Shown here in pieces: positions 47,451-57,284 of a DNA stretch of 64,000 nt; the stretch's first letter is position 1; each line of letters begins with the position of its first letter. The stretch comes from a virus. A program made the position numbers and the translations under genes. Below the pieces are notes generated by a model. It had not been told where the DNA came from and did no database searches. It was given only the letters and a program-made list of their open reading frames with translations. The stretch lies in IMG/VR virus record IMGVR_UViG_3300028586_000750; one strand, 5' to 3'.

Positions 47451-47669
47451 AATAATGCCCTCGCCCTTGCTTTCACCGAAAAGATTGCTCTTAATCAGGC
47501 GGACATTTTCTCAGCTATTTACGCACCGTGGGGTAAAAGCTTATTACCGCGTAAGCAAAAGCAACTGCATGGGAAAAGACATATTTTTCTCATGCAGTTG
47601 CTTTTTTGTTCAATCATCGTTACGATAGGTAACACCGCAACATTCCCCCTTCAAACAAAGGCAAAACTC

Positions 47670-48038
47670 ATGGACGTTCAGTACAGCAGCGCAGACACCT
47701 ACCCTGTCACCAAGAGCATCACCGTTGGCGATATCACTATTGAGGCGGGTGCTGGTACAGACGCTTTCAACCGCATTAGCGACTTCCTGCACGTTACCCT
47801 TGGGTACAATGAAGATGGCGAGTTCAACGAAAGCTCGGACCCGTTCATCAATGATGTGAAGGCGCTTTATAGGCGTTACAGCATTGCTCACTCTACGGTG
47901 GAGGCTATCGCTTCGGGTGCTTTCACTTCCACGGATGAGAACCCCCAGTATGCTGGCGGCGTTGTTACCCCTTCGCACCGTATTTTCACGCCTCAGGAAG
48001 CAGCTAAGAACGGTCTTAGGGATATCGCAAAGCACTGA
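47670..48038 (+). CDS. Hypothetical protein
   Basis: AAGG RBS before MDVQYSS. Confidence 0.7.
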   Translation: MDVQYSSADTYPVTKSITVGDITIEAGAGTDAFNRISDFLHVTLGYNEDGEFNESSDPFINDVKALYRRYSIAHSTVEAIASGAFTSTDENPQYAGGVVTPSHRIFTPQEAAKNGLRDIAKH

Positions 48039-48139
48039 CTTTTACCACGTAGTTACAGGCAGGAATAGTTGATTTCTCTGCAACTACGTGGTAAAATTGT
48101 ATACACAACAATACTTATTTTATGCAGAAAAGGCCACAA

Positions 48140-48679
48140 ATGAAAGCTCCTACATTTACGACGTTTGATAAGCAAATTAGTCAGGTTCAGGAAGAACTTC
48201 ACGACGCAAGACGTGAAGCTAATAGTCGTCAAGCTATCGTAAAGATGCTTGTTATGGATGCTAAAAAGTTCACCAAAGCCAACCCCGACAACCTTGTAGC
48301 ACTTCTTGAAGCTAATGCTACAGCGCAGCAGCTAGCTCGGAATAATGCTAAAGAAGCTGGTGATGCAGTAAAAGCGTTGAAGGGTAAAGAAGGTGCCCTG
48401 TGGGAAGCTCGCAATAAAGCTAATCGCGCTATGTGGGAAGCTGAAGAGCAGCGTGATAGGGACGCTAAGCTAAAAAGTATTACTGATGCGTTTTCACCTT
48501 TGTGGACTAGCGCAGTAAACGATGGAAGACCTATCCTTATTGCTACCGACGACAGCGAAGGTCTTGGTATTTGGGTTGAGGACGATGAAAGCGATGACGG
48601 TTTTGGGCTTGTTTTGTCTACCCAGGAAGAGGAAGAGCTTCGCGCTCTACTTAATGCACGTCACAACCGAACGCAATAA
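48140..48679 (+). CDS. Coiled-coil hypothetical protein
   Basis: AAAGG RBS; heptad-rich N-terminal part. Confidence 0.7.
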   Translation: MKAPTFTTFDKQISQVQEELHDARREANSRQAIVKMLVMDAKKFTKANPDNLVALLEANATAQQLARNNAKEAGDAVKALKGKEGALWEARNKANRAMWEAEEQRDRDAKLKSITDAFSPLWTSAVNDGRPILIATDDSEGLGIWVEDDESDDGFGLVLSTQEEEELRALLNARHNRTQ

Positions 48680-48837
48680 AAGACAAAGTTTTTTAATATA
48701 ATTTATCAACCAAAAAGCAAGCGGTCCCAGTAACTTACTTACTGGGACCGCTTGCTTTTTAGCGTGTGTAAGGGTATACTTATAATAAGAGAAAAGCCCT
48801 GGTGAAAGGGCAAATAAGACAGCTTTGGAGAATAAAA

Positions 48838-49035
48838 ATGGCTAAGAACGTTATCGACCTGAACAACAGCGAGTACGCAGTTATTGACCTTGACAGTGGA
48901 ACGGTTCTTGGAACCAATGTCATGCTTGTTCGTGTGCCTCAGGACGAAGCTGAGTGGGAAGAGATTATCTCCAACGACAGCGTTGCATTTGACTATGCTC
49001 AGAAAAACGGTATTGCACTTACCGCTGAGGTCTAA
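48838..49035 (+). CDS. Hypothetical protein
   Basis: TTGGAGAATAAAA-ATG. Confidence 0.7.
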   Translation: MAKNVIDLNNSEYAVIDLDSGTVLGTNVMLVRVPQDEAEWEEIISNDSVAFDYAQKNGIALTAEV

Positions 49036-49214
49036 ACACTAAAACTTTGGGAGCACAGATACGATTATCTGTGCTCCCAAAGTTTTCTCTATATCAACAA
49101 GGTAATGGGAAAAGACACCTTAGTTATTGATTTGATTGAGGTTTCAGACATCAAGTTCTACAACCGTGAAAATAGGTTGTTGCTTTTTCGCTAGAAAACA
49201 GTTATAGTAGACCT

Positions 49215-50021
49215 ATGACTACTTCAACTACCGTGGGTATCGCTGGCGACTGGCACAGCGCAGAAAGCTGGGCTATCCTTTGCCTTGACCAGTTCGCTGC
49301 TGCCGGTATCAAGCGTGTGCTTCACGTTGGAGACTTCGGTTTCTGGCCTACCCCGCTTGGAGTGCAGTTCATCAAGAGCATGCAGAGCAAGCTTGCTGAC
49401 AACGACCAGACGCTTTACGTGACCCTTGGCAACCACGAGGATTACGTTCACATCAGCACGTTCGTTGCTCACCCTGACATGCCTGGTTTCGTCTACAGCC
49501 CTGAGTTCCCCAACATCCTTGTTGCTGAGCGCGGCGCTCGCTGGAACTGGGACGGTGTTAGCTTTGTTTCCCTTGGTGGAGCGGCAAGCATTGACTTTGA
49601 GGGGCGCACTCAGGGCATCAACTGGTGGACCGAAGAGCGCATTACTCTCGGTGACGTGTTCCGCACCATTCAGGACGGCCATGCAGACGTTATGATTGCC
49701 CATGACGCAGCACAGGGCGTTAACCTTTTTGGTTCGCACCGTGACGACCGTGGCGCTTGGAGCCAGAAAGCGCTTGCTTACGCAGATGAGTCCCGTGCAA
49801 TGATGCGTCAGGCAGTGGACAGTGTGAAGCCTGACCTTTTCTTCCACGGTCACTACCACCACTACCTTGATACTCAGGTTCACCTTCACGACGGGGTAGA
49901 GGGTTACACGTACCGTAACGTTAGCCTCAACAAGGACGGTAGCAAGAACAACCTTGCAGTGCTTACGCTTCCCACAATGGACGTAAGTATCCTTCCCGTT
50001 CCTGGTGAGACTGAGTTCTAA
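49215..50021 (+). CDS. Calcineurin-like metallophosphoesterase
   Basis: GDWH, HVGDFG, GNHED, HD and HGHYH motifs; leaderless TATAGT-6nt-ATG. Confidence 0.9.
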   Translation: MTTSTTVGIAGDWHSAESWAILCLDQFAAAGIKRVLHVGDFGFWPTPLGVQFIKSMQSKLADNDQTLYVTLGNHEDYVHISTFVAHPDMPGFVYSPEFPNILVAERGARWNWDGVSFVSLGGAASIDFEGRTQGINWWTEERITLGDVFRTIQDGHADVMIAHDAAQGVNLFGSHRDDRGAWSQKALAYADESRAMMRQAVDSVKPDLFFHGHYHHYLDTQVHLHDGVEGYTYRNVSLNKDGSKNNLAVLTLPTMDVSILPVPGETEF

Positions 50022-50072
50022 AAAGTTTGCCATGTCCTTGCCTTAACCCCTAAAAGCGTGTAAGGTAAAGAC

Positions 50073-50600
50073 ATGACTACTTCAACTGCTACTCAGACAC
50101 TCCGTAACAGCGATGCTGTGAACATTGCTGCTGGCCTGGTGAACGCTTTCATGGGAAATGAGGATGGAGCGTATGCATCATTCCCCGTGGACACGGTTAA
50201 GATTGCTAACGCTTACGGGGTAGAGGTTACAACGGTTACCTTCCCTGACAAGGCTACCGTTTCTGTGCTGGTCAAGGACAATGCAGACACCAACCCTAAA
50301 ATGATGTTTGCTAAGCGTCTGAGGAACCGTAAGGAAATCCGTTACATGACTGCTCTCAACTTGGGTCATGCGATTGAGAACCAGGACAAGGACAGGTACG
50401 GTTTCTACTCCACCAAGTTCGGTCTGTCTGGTGTGGAGCGTAGTGGTTTCGCTGCTACTTTCGCAACAAACCTTCTCATGCCTGCTGACGTAATGCGTAT
50501 CATGTACGCATCTGGTGCTAGCATCCGCAAGATTGCACGCACTTTCGGTGTGAGTAAGACGCAGGTGTTCATTCGCCTTGCTCAGCTTGGCCTTGCATAG
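50073..50600 (+). CDS. ImmA/IrrE (DUF955)-like protein with degenerate metal site
   Basis: IRY-x-x-ALNLGH in place of RF-x-x-AHELGH; FA-x-x-LLMP; IARTFGVS...RL HTH-like tail. Confidence 0.7.
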   Translation: MTTSTATQTLRNSDAVNIAAGLVNAFMGNEDGAYASFPVDTVKIANAYGVEVTTVTFPDKATVSVLVKDNADTNPKMMFAKRLRNRKEIRYMTALNLGHAIENQDKDRYGFYSTKFGLSGVERSGFAATFATNLLMPADVMRIMYASGASIRKIARTFGVSKTQVFIRLAQLGLA

Positions 50601-50794
50601 GCGCTGGGAAAAGACACTGAGTAACCCCCTTGGCTAGATAATCTAGTCAAGGGGGTTACTTCTGTTACAGGGAAAACCAAAAAAGTTTTAAACTCAGCTT
50701 GCATCCACCAAAACCTTCTGATAGAGTTTACTTATACGCACAAACCGTGCACAACACTTTCGCCCTACTTTTAATAGGATAAGGAATTAGAACC

Positions 50795-51406
50795 ATGACC
50801 GCTCCGCTCACCATCGCTGAGGCCCTCGACCCCCGTAACGTCACTGACCAGTTCAAGGGCATGACCGACGACTTCATTCGTGGAGAGCAGGAAAAGCGTC
50901 GCATTCCTCTCGTCACCATTGCGCTCAACATGACGCACGACTTCAACAAGGCCACCGTTCTTCGCACCCACTCTGGTGTTGCCGGTCAGGCGTTCTACTT
51001 CCTCAACAAGCCCAACGACCAGAAGCCTGGCCACCCTGAGGGAACCAAGAAGTTTGACAAGCGTGGAACCGTTGGCACCCACAACTACAACACCGTCAAC
51101 CACTACAGCATTGAGCGTTACATGGAGCTTTTCGCTGAGCTTCGTGCAGATGGTTACACCATTGTTGCCGTTGACAACGTGGACGGCTACGACGCCAAGA
51201 TGGTCTACGACGTGGAGCTTCCTGAGAAGGTTGCGTACATTTTGGGCGAGGAGAAGCTCGGAATCCCAAAGGAAATCATTGAGGCTGCTGACATGATGGT
51301 GTTCCTTCCTATGATGGGTGTTTCGCCCCGTTCATACAACGTGTCCGTTGCTCACGCGGGCGTCGTGTTTGAGTACGTTCGTCAGAACCGTCACCTAGTC
51401 AAGTAA
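50795..51406 (+). CDS. SpoU/TrmH-family RNA 2'-O-methyltransferase
   Basis: HDFNKATVLRT (motif 1), ILGEEKLGI (motif 2), LPMMG-x3-SYNVSVA (motif 3). Confidence 0.88.
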   Translation: MTAPLTIAEALDPRNVTDQFKGMTDDFIRGEQEKRRIPLVTIALNMTHDFNKATVLRTHSGVAGQAFYFLNKPNDQKPGHPEGTKKFDKRGTVGTHNYNTVNHYSIERYMELFAELRADGYTIVAVDNVDGYDAKMVYDVELPEKVAYILGEEKLGIPKEIIEAADMMVFLPMMGVSPRSYNVSVAHAGVVFEYVRQNRHLVK

Positions 51407-51544
51407 GACGTTAAAATAAAGAAGCGGTGCCCTTCAACTTAGGGCACCGCTTCTTTATTTATTAAGTAAGCGTAAAAAGACGCTAAATATAAAGATGTAA
51501 AAAAGATCATTGTTCGGTAGATCGCTATGTTGTTGCCTATGAGA

Positions 51545-51805
51545 TTAAAAACTTTGGAAGTTGTTCTATCTCGTATGTACTACTTGCTACTCACTAGTTA
51601 CTACTCATCAACTACTTGCTTACTACTCACTAACTACCCACTAGTGAGTGATGAGTCATATATTAAAAACTTTGGTAGTTTTTCTACTTGCTAGTTACTT
51701 ATCAACTACTTGCTAGTTACTTATCAACTACTTATCAACTACTTGCTAACTACTCACTAACTACTCACTAGTGAGTGATGGGTCGCAGATTAAAAATTTT
51801 GGAAG
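51545..51805 (+). repeat. Non-coding tandem-repeat region (candidate origin or protein-loading site)
   Basis: Two units of about 120 nt, each starting TTAAAAACTTTGG, filled with CTACTTG/CTACTCA/TTACTTA-type repeats and ending CACTAGTGAGTGATG; a third unit start at 51790. Confidence 0.8.
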
Positions 51806-51969
51806 TTACTGTTTATTTTTATGCGCACGCTAAATCTCATTTGCGATTTAGCGTGCGCATAAGGCGGAAATAATTTTTAGATGTTTTTGGTATGGGTTGC
51901 AGAGAGATTTTTGGTCTGCTATTGTTGTTCTTGTAAGCAACACAGACAACTTCTACGAAAGGTAAAATC

Positions 51970-52305
51970 ATGCAGCAGGTCGGCCAGAAGAGCTTCACGG
52001 AAATCGAGAAGTCCGGTTCGTTCCACGGTAAGGGTTTCCTGTCCGTTGCTCTCTTCACTGACCGTCTGGTGGCGCTGGATGCCATTGGTGGTGTTGGTAT
52101 CAAGAGCTACCCGCTGTATGTGTACCACGTAGTCAAGCCTTACAACGACACGGTTCTTTCGCGTTTCTTCAAGAAGGCCAAGAAGGCTAAGCCGATTTAC
52201 GCTCAGGAGTGCGTGGACGTGTTCACGAATGAGCAGCAGGCTCGTCGTGCGTTCACCAACCTGGTGGAGAACCGCAAGCGTGAGGGTTACGTTCTCGCCA
52301 ACTAA
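51970..52305 (+). CDS. Hypothetical protein
   Basis: AAGGTAAAATC-ATG. Confidence 0.7.
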   Translation: MQQVGQKSFTEIEKSGSFHGKGFLSVALFTDRLVALDAIGGVGIKSYPLYVYHVVKPYNDTVLSRFFKKAKKAKPIYAQECVDVFTNEQQARRAFTNLVENRKREGYVLAN

Positions 52306-52497
52306 ACTAAAATAGGTAAGGGGTGACAGTCATATGATTGCCACCCCTTACCTATTTTAGCTGGTATGTAACTGTGCGGTGCAATTGATAACCACTATCA
52401 ATTACATTGCACGGCAGTTATTTAGTTGCTTATATGCACTTGATAGGTTAGAATTAGACTATTAAAGGTAAACATCAATCTTATTAGGAGAGACAAA

Positions 52498-52884
52498 ATG
52501 TTGTATAAAGATGTGGCTATTTCCAACGAAGTTATCAATGAACTGCGTGTGCTTGTTGCTACTACAGAAAATTTGAAGGTTCTTCAGCAGCCTGGTTTCG
52601 TTTTCCGTAGAGGCAAGAAAATCAACACTGAGTTTGAGAAAATGTTTAGTGCTGCCAGCAATGTTGCTGATTTCTTCAATAGTAGCGGTGAAACTGTCAA
52701 AGAAGAGTTTGCTAAGGTTCTTCAACCTATGAAGCTTATCCGAAGAACTATGGAACATGAGGGGACGGAAGACATCAGTAAAATGTCCTCTTTCAGCCAA
52801 GCTGTTGTTGAGCGTTGCATGACAGATGCCATTGATGGGCTTAATAAGCTTGCAGTCAAGGTGCTCACTAATTTGGAGAACTAA
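52498..52884 (+). CDS. Hypothetical protein
   Basis: TAGGAGAG RBS. Confidence 0.7.
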   Translation: MLYKDVAISNEVINELRVLVATTENLKVLQQPGFVFRRGKKINTEFEKMFSAASNVADFFNSSGETVKEEFAKVLQPMKLIRRTMEHEGTEDISKMSSFSQAVVERCMTDAIDGLNKLAVKVLTNLEN

Positions 52885-52989
52885 AGTTTAATATGCAAGA
52901 GTGGATGCAACTATCATTAGTTGCATCCACTCTTGCATTCTGGTACAATTGATACATACTGTTTCAATTTAATCGAAAGTTACTATTTT

Positions 52990-53469
52990 ATGTCTAAGTC
53001 AACTGAGCCAGCTATTTTCGTTGATGTTCATTCATCTGGTGTGACTGATATTCTCGCTAAGTCTCCTCTTTTTGAGAAGACTGCAACTGTGACGGCTGTT
53101 CAGATTACTGAAGCAGAGCATGTTGTTACTGCTTTCGGTGATTTTATTGAGACTGAGCGTGATGCTGTTGCTGGTCAGTGGAAGGTTACTAACCCTGACG
53201 GTGAGCAGTACATTCTTGATGATGAGGTTTTCAAGGCTCGCTATAAGGCTTTGGGAAAAGACAAGTACCAGGCTATTGGCTTCATTCGTGCTACTAGTAA
53301 CCCTTGGGGTGTTCCCATTGAGATTACTGCACCTTGGGGTGAACCTCAGTTCGGTGATGAGGATTGCATCGTAGCTGTTTCTGTCCTTAATGGTGAACCT
53401 GTGTGGACTGACCGTTATATTATTGAGCGTAAGGCTTTTGAGAATACTTACGCTTCCGTTACTGCTTAA
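52990..53469 (+). CDS. Hypothetical protein, PGDYG-like
   Basis: GQWKVTNPDGEQY...F-x-ARY and WGEPQFG-x-x-DC-x-V recall the PGDYG family. Confidence 0.5.
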   Translation: MSKSTEPAIFVDVHSSGVTDILAKSPLFEKTATVTAVQITEAEHVVTAFGDFIETERDAVAGQWKVTNPDGEQYILDDEVFKARYKALGKDKYQAIGFIRATSNPWGVPIEITAPWGEPQFGDEDCIVAVSVLNGEPVWTDRYIIERKAFENTYASVTA

Positions 53470-53488
53470 TTAAGAAAGACTGACTATA

Positions 53489-53812
53489 ATGACTGAAACC
53501 ACTTTTGCTCCTAAGCTCATTTCCTATTACCAGATGGATTACTATGAACTGGAAGAAATTACTAAGAAGGTTTACGGTGCTGACACGGACTACAGTGTTC
53601 AATCTGCACTAGAGTGCGGGAATGACACTTCCCACACGTTTAATATCCAGACAAGCGATATCGATATGTTTGAGCGTTTTGATAAGGTGAAGCTAGATGA
53701 TTTCTTTGCTGGCAAGGCTTGGAGAGAGCCTTATGTTGAATATGTGCTTATTGATTTGTGCATGAAGAAGCACCTTCCTTTTGGAAAGTACGTCATTAAC
53801 GTTTCTTACTAG
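53489..53812 (+). CDS. Hypothetical protein
   Basis: 107 aa; ends with G-x-YVINVSY. Confidence 0.7.
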   Translation: MTETTFAPKLISYYQMDYYELEEITKKVYGADTDYSVQSALECGNDTSHTFNIQTSDIDMFERFDKVKLDDFFAGKAWREPYVEYVLIDLCMKKHLPFGKYVINVSY

Positions 53813-53907
53813 TTGTCAAAAGGTAAGCGCCCCGTAACGCAAAGTTATGGGGCGCTTACCTTTTGACACAAATGATGTTTTAGTTTAGAGAATGTTATAA
53901 TTACGGT

Positions 53908-54147
53908 ATGGACATAATTTTTGATGCTGAGTACAGAGAGAAAGCTACAGGCAACATTGTTGTTGTTTTGGGTTTAAAAAGTTCTGGTGTTGTTGTACGT
54001 GACAAGCGTACTGATACTTTGAGCACTTTTAAAGATGCAGATTTTTTGACACGCTATGAAGATACTGGTGTTCATGATCATAAGAAGAGTTGCTGTACTG
54101 TTCATGAAACTCATACTTCCCCTCATATGGGTTGCATTTTACGTTGA
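53908..54147 (+). CDS. Hypothetical protein (leaderless) with C-terminal CC-x-x-H-x-x-H-x-x-PH-x-GC-x-L motif
   Basis: TATAAT-6nt-ATG; Cys/His cluster. Confidence 0.7.
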   Translation: MDIIFDAEYREKATGNIVVVLGLKSSGVVVRDKRTDTLSTFKDADFLTRYEDTGVHDHKKSCCTVHETHTSPHMGCILR

Positions 54148-54213
54148 CTTTAGTAGGCAATTGGAGTATGCTTTAGCTATACCACTTCATCCCTACTTTA
54201 AGGACTAACTTTA

Positions 54214-54600
54214 ATGGGCACCAAGATTGTTATTCAGCCGCTTCTTCCTAAGATTTCTGTGGAGAAGGTTGACTGGGACAACATTGAGAACATTCTTGCT
54301 CTGTTGAAGAGTAATTCTGAGCTTTTCACGGTTTTCGCTAAGCAGCTTGATAACCGTGAGGCTCGCAGCCGTCTTTTCATTGATGATGACAAGATTGTTC
54401 TTCCTTCTACTGGTTCTTATCTGGGGACGCATAAAGTTATTGCCACGGTTGGCGATTTCTATGCAGTTTCGGAGAACGGCTACCGTCACTTCACTCACCA
54501 GACCGCTATTCGTCATGGAGTGTTGAACACTCTTCCTCGTGAAATGTTCATCCCTCTTACTGGTGATGTTCTTGACGAGGTTTCGTTCATGGCGTTGTAA
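54214..54600 (+). CDS. Hypothetical protein
   Basis: AAGGA RBS. Confidence 0.7.
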   Translation: MGTKIVIQPLLPKISVEKVDWDNIENILALLKSNSELFTVFAKQLDNREARSRLFIDDDKIVLPSTGSYLGTHKVIATVGDFYAVSENGYRHFTHQTAIRHGVLNTLPREMFIPLTGDVLDEVSFMAL

Positions 54601-54857
54601 TTAGCTAAAAAGTGTGTGGCCCGTTTTCTTCCTAGGAAACGGGCCACACCTATATGGGAAAAGACATGCACCATAACTGCGTTAACCAAAAGCTACGCAT
54701 ATATTACTTTTGTTTAGAGCGGGTTAGCTATACAAACGAGCACAAATGATAATAAAAATGAGCGTTCTTTACTTTAGCGAATATTTTGATACCAACTTCC
54801 CGATGCTTACAAGTAAGCAAGTCGCTAGAAGTTCTTTTAAGTTCACAGGAATGAACC

Positions 54858-56006
54858 ATGAAAATCAAAACAAAGTTAAACCAAAACAAACTTGGTTCGT
54901 TCAGGGACGAAGGGTTTACTCTTGCTGAACTTATGATTGTTGTGGTGATTATTGGTATCCTCGCAGCTATCGCTATTCCTATTTTTTCCAATCAACAAAG
55001 AGCCGCTATTGAGTCAACAATCAAGAGTGACGTTAAATCTAACTCTGATATGGTAGCTCCGGGTGCCAGTGGTAAACTTTATGTAACACCTAACGTGTTC
55101 ATGGCTAATAGCAACTCTACTGATGCAAACCAGCGTGGTTACACTGTAAATGCTGCATTCAACCAAGCATGTACATGGTCTTGGAGAAAATTTAGTGAAA
55201 CTGATGTAGTTCAATACAACTTCCAAACTTCTACAGGTAAAATGACAGAAGGCCCATGCCCTGATTTAGGCACTAATTCTTCTTCCGCTACTACTGCTCC
55301 ACCAGTTTCAGCTAATCCTTCTGGTTCAACTCCAGGTTCAACAAATCCTGGTCCAGTTACACCAGTAGCATCATTAACTACTATTCCAACAGCCGTAGCA
55401 GGTAGCGGAGAATACTCATGTTCTTACGCTGCCTTTAACTTCCATAACCAATATCAAAAATCTATAGGTAAAGCTAGTACCGATTTAAGTGTTACTAAAA
55501 TTAGTGGTAACCCAACAGATTGGAGTTGTACCATTGATTATTCTAAAGCTCCATACTTTGGTGCAATTCCAGTAACATACGACTCCGAAGTTGTATTAAC
55601 TAACATTGGCAACAGTCAGGTTAAGATTAGTAACAAAAATGCAGATAGTGGTTTATCTGGCAAATCTAAAGAAGGGCCTTTTGGTTTAACAACAACTTCT
55701 GGCATTCTTTATCCTGAGTCTGCTGATGATTACAAATTCTCAGTAGTCAGAGTTAATGCTAATTGTGTTCGTGTTAACGTGGAAACTGCTTCTACCGTTC
55801 CTGTCGCATGGAGTGGAACAATTAACTTAGATGAATGGTTTACAGGAAACATGGCAACTGTGGCTTACCCAAACAACATCGTTAAGGTAAAAACAACAGG
55901 AAACACTTACAAGATTTCGGGCGGCGGGTTCTTATATGCTCTTAACAGCGAAAGACCAATCAACGAAGAGCAAGAAACTTATACCAAATTCTGTAAATAC
56001 AATTAA
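54858..56006 (+). CDS. Type IV prepilin-like protein with long C-terminal extension
   Basis: Basic leader, then DEG|FTLAELMIVVVIIGILAAIAIPIF; Pro/Ser/Thr linker; Cys pairs. Confidence 0.88.
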   Translation: MKIKTKLNQNKLGSFRDEGFTLAELMIVVVIIGILAAIAIPIFSNQQRAAIESTIKSDVKSNSDMVAPGASGKLYVTPNVFMANSNSTDANQRGYTVNAAFNQACTWSWRKFSETDVVQYNFQTSTGKMTEGPCPDLGTNSSSATTAPPVSANPSGSTPGSTNPGPVTPVASLTTIPTAVAGSGEYSCSYAAFNFHNQYQKSIGKASTDLSVTKISGNPTDWSCTIDYSKAPYFGAIPVTYDSEVVLTNIGNSQVKISNKNADSGLSGKSKEGPFGLTTTSGILYPESADDYKFSVVRVNANCVRVNVETASTVPVAWSGTINLDEWFTGNMATVAYPNNIVKVKTTGNTYKISGGGFLYALNSERPINEEQETYTKFCKYN

Positions 56007-56132
56007 CCTTTAAAAACTGCGGTGGCAACTTATTACAAGTTACCACCGCAGTTTTCATTTCTATCTAGTCTTTATTGCTGATGAGAAGGCTAGTTAAGGA
56101 TGGGAAAAGACATGTTATGGTAAGCTTAAGAT

Positions 56133-56495
56133 ATGCATACTATTATTGATCGCAAGAGCTTAACTCAGGAAGAGTATACTGAGTTCTTCCAAGAGACAAT
56201 CCTTGAACCAGAAGGTAAGGCTGTTAGCCCTACACAAATTAAGAAGACAAAACATAAACTTCGTAAGTTTTTAGAGCGTGTTACTTTGGAGCACATCTAT
56301 GAAACAACTGGTACTGATTTACGCACAGAGGAAGCTCAATGGGCAATCAGAGTTGCTGTTCATTTTGATTTTGATGTTTCACCAGAAGGCGATGTTGTTG
56401 TTAGGGTGAAAACAGATAACGGTTGCCACCAAAACAATAGGAACAGACTTTATAACGACACTTATCGTATTAGCAAGCAAGAACTTTTGAAATAA
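56133..56495 (+). CDS. Hypothetical protein (leaderless)
   Basis: TAAGCT-6nt-ATG. Confidence 0.7.
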   Translation: MHTIIDRKSLTQEEYTEFFQETILEPEGKAVSPTQIKKTKHKLRKFLERVTLEHIYETTGTDLRTEEAQWAIRVAVHFDFDVSPEGDVVVRVKTDNGCHQNNRNRLYNDTYRISKQELLK

Positions 56496-56615
56496 GTTGG
56501 TTTTAGGTTTGCTTTTTGATAAAAGTGGGAGTATGCTTTAACTGTAAGCAAGAAAGACCGAGGTTACTTGAACGCTCGGCATTAAACAAAAACAACAAGA
56601 AAGAAGTACCACGTA

Positions 56616-56948
56616 ATGAAGAAAGCAACTTACCTCAAGAAGCTTGCAATTGCGCAGGCTAAGGTAACTGATGCAACTACTGTAGCTGACCTCAAAAAGC
56701 GCAAAGCTGCAAAACGTGCACTTGAACTTTTCTGGGAAAAGGCTGCTATTGCTTGGATGGAAAAGAACATTTGGCACAAGCCTTACGCTGAATGGCTTGC
56801 AGGTTGGCAGTCGGCTAAGTTCAACTTCACCCTAAACCCTGGTGGTAAGGTGACTGTTGCAACTTTTGGTCACGACTTCTCGTGGGCACGTGGAACTACA
56901 ACGGAGCCTATGAAAGAATATGTCATCCCTAAGGCTGTTCTACTTTAA
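56616..56948 (+). CDS. Basic hypothetical protein
   Basis: Behind leader hairpin copy 1. Confidence 0.7.
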   Translation: MKKATYLKKLAIAQAKVTDATTVADLKKRKAAKRALELFWEKAAIAWMEKNIWHKPYAEWLAGWQSAKFNFTLNPGGKVTVATFGHDFSWARGTTTEPMKEYVIPKAVLL

Positions 56949-57008
56949 CAACCGAGGTTACTTGAACGCTCGGTATCAACTAAAACAACAAGAAAGAAGC
57001 AACACATC

Positions 57009-57284
57009 ATGATGGAAATTAACATCAATAACAACCTTGTCGCTAAGCGTGTGGGAATGCAGAAGAACCTCACCCTTCGTATGCCCACTACTGAGCCTCA
57101 GGACATTTTTGACGAGGCTCAGGCTCACATTACTGTTGGTGACGAAATCACCATCAGTGTCGTGCAGGGAGCCGGAGTTTTTGACAATAACTTTGAGGCA
57201 GAAACCACTACTCGTGAGCTTCGCAAGGGCTTTGTTACCGGCATTGTCAACGGTAAGGCTATCGTTGATTGGGTTCAGGGCTAA
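57009..57284 (+). CDS. Hypothetical protein
   Basis: Behind leader hairpin copy 2. Confidence 0.7.
   Translation: MMEININNNLVAKRVGMQKNLTLRMPTTEPQDIFDEAQAHITVGDEITISVVQGAGVFDNNFEAETTTRELRKGFVTGIVNGKAIVDWVQG

Noticed and set aside
51545-51805. CRISPR array
   Set aside because: No constant repeat alternating with unique spacers, and no cas genes; the content is degenerate short tandem repeats.
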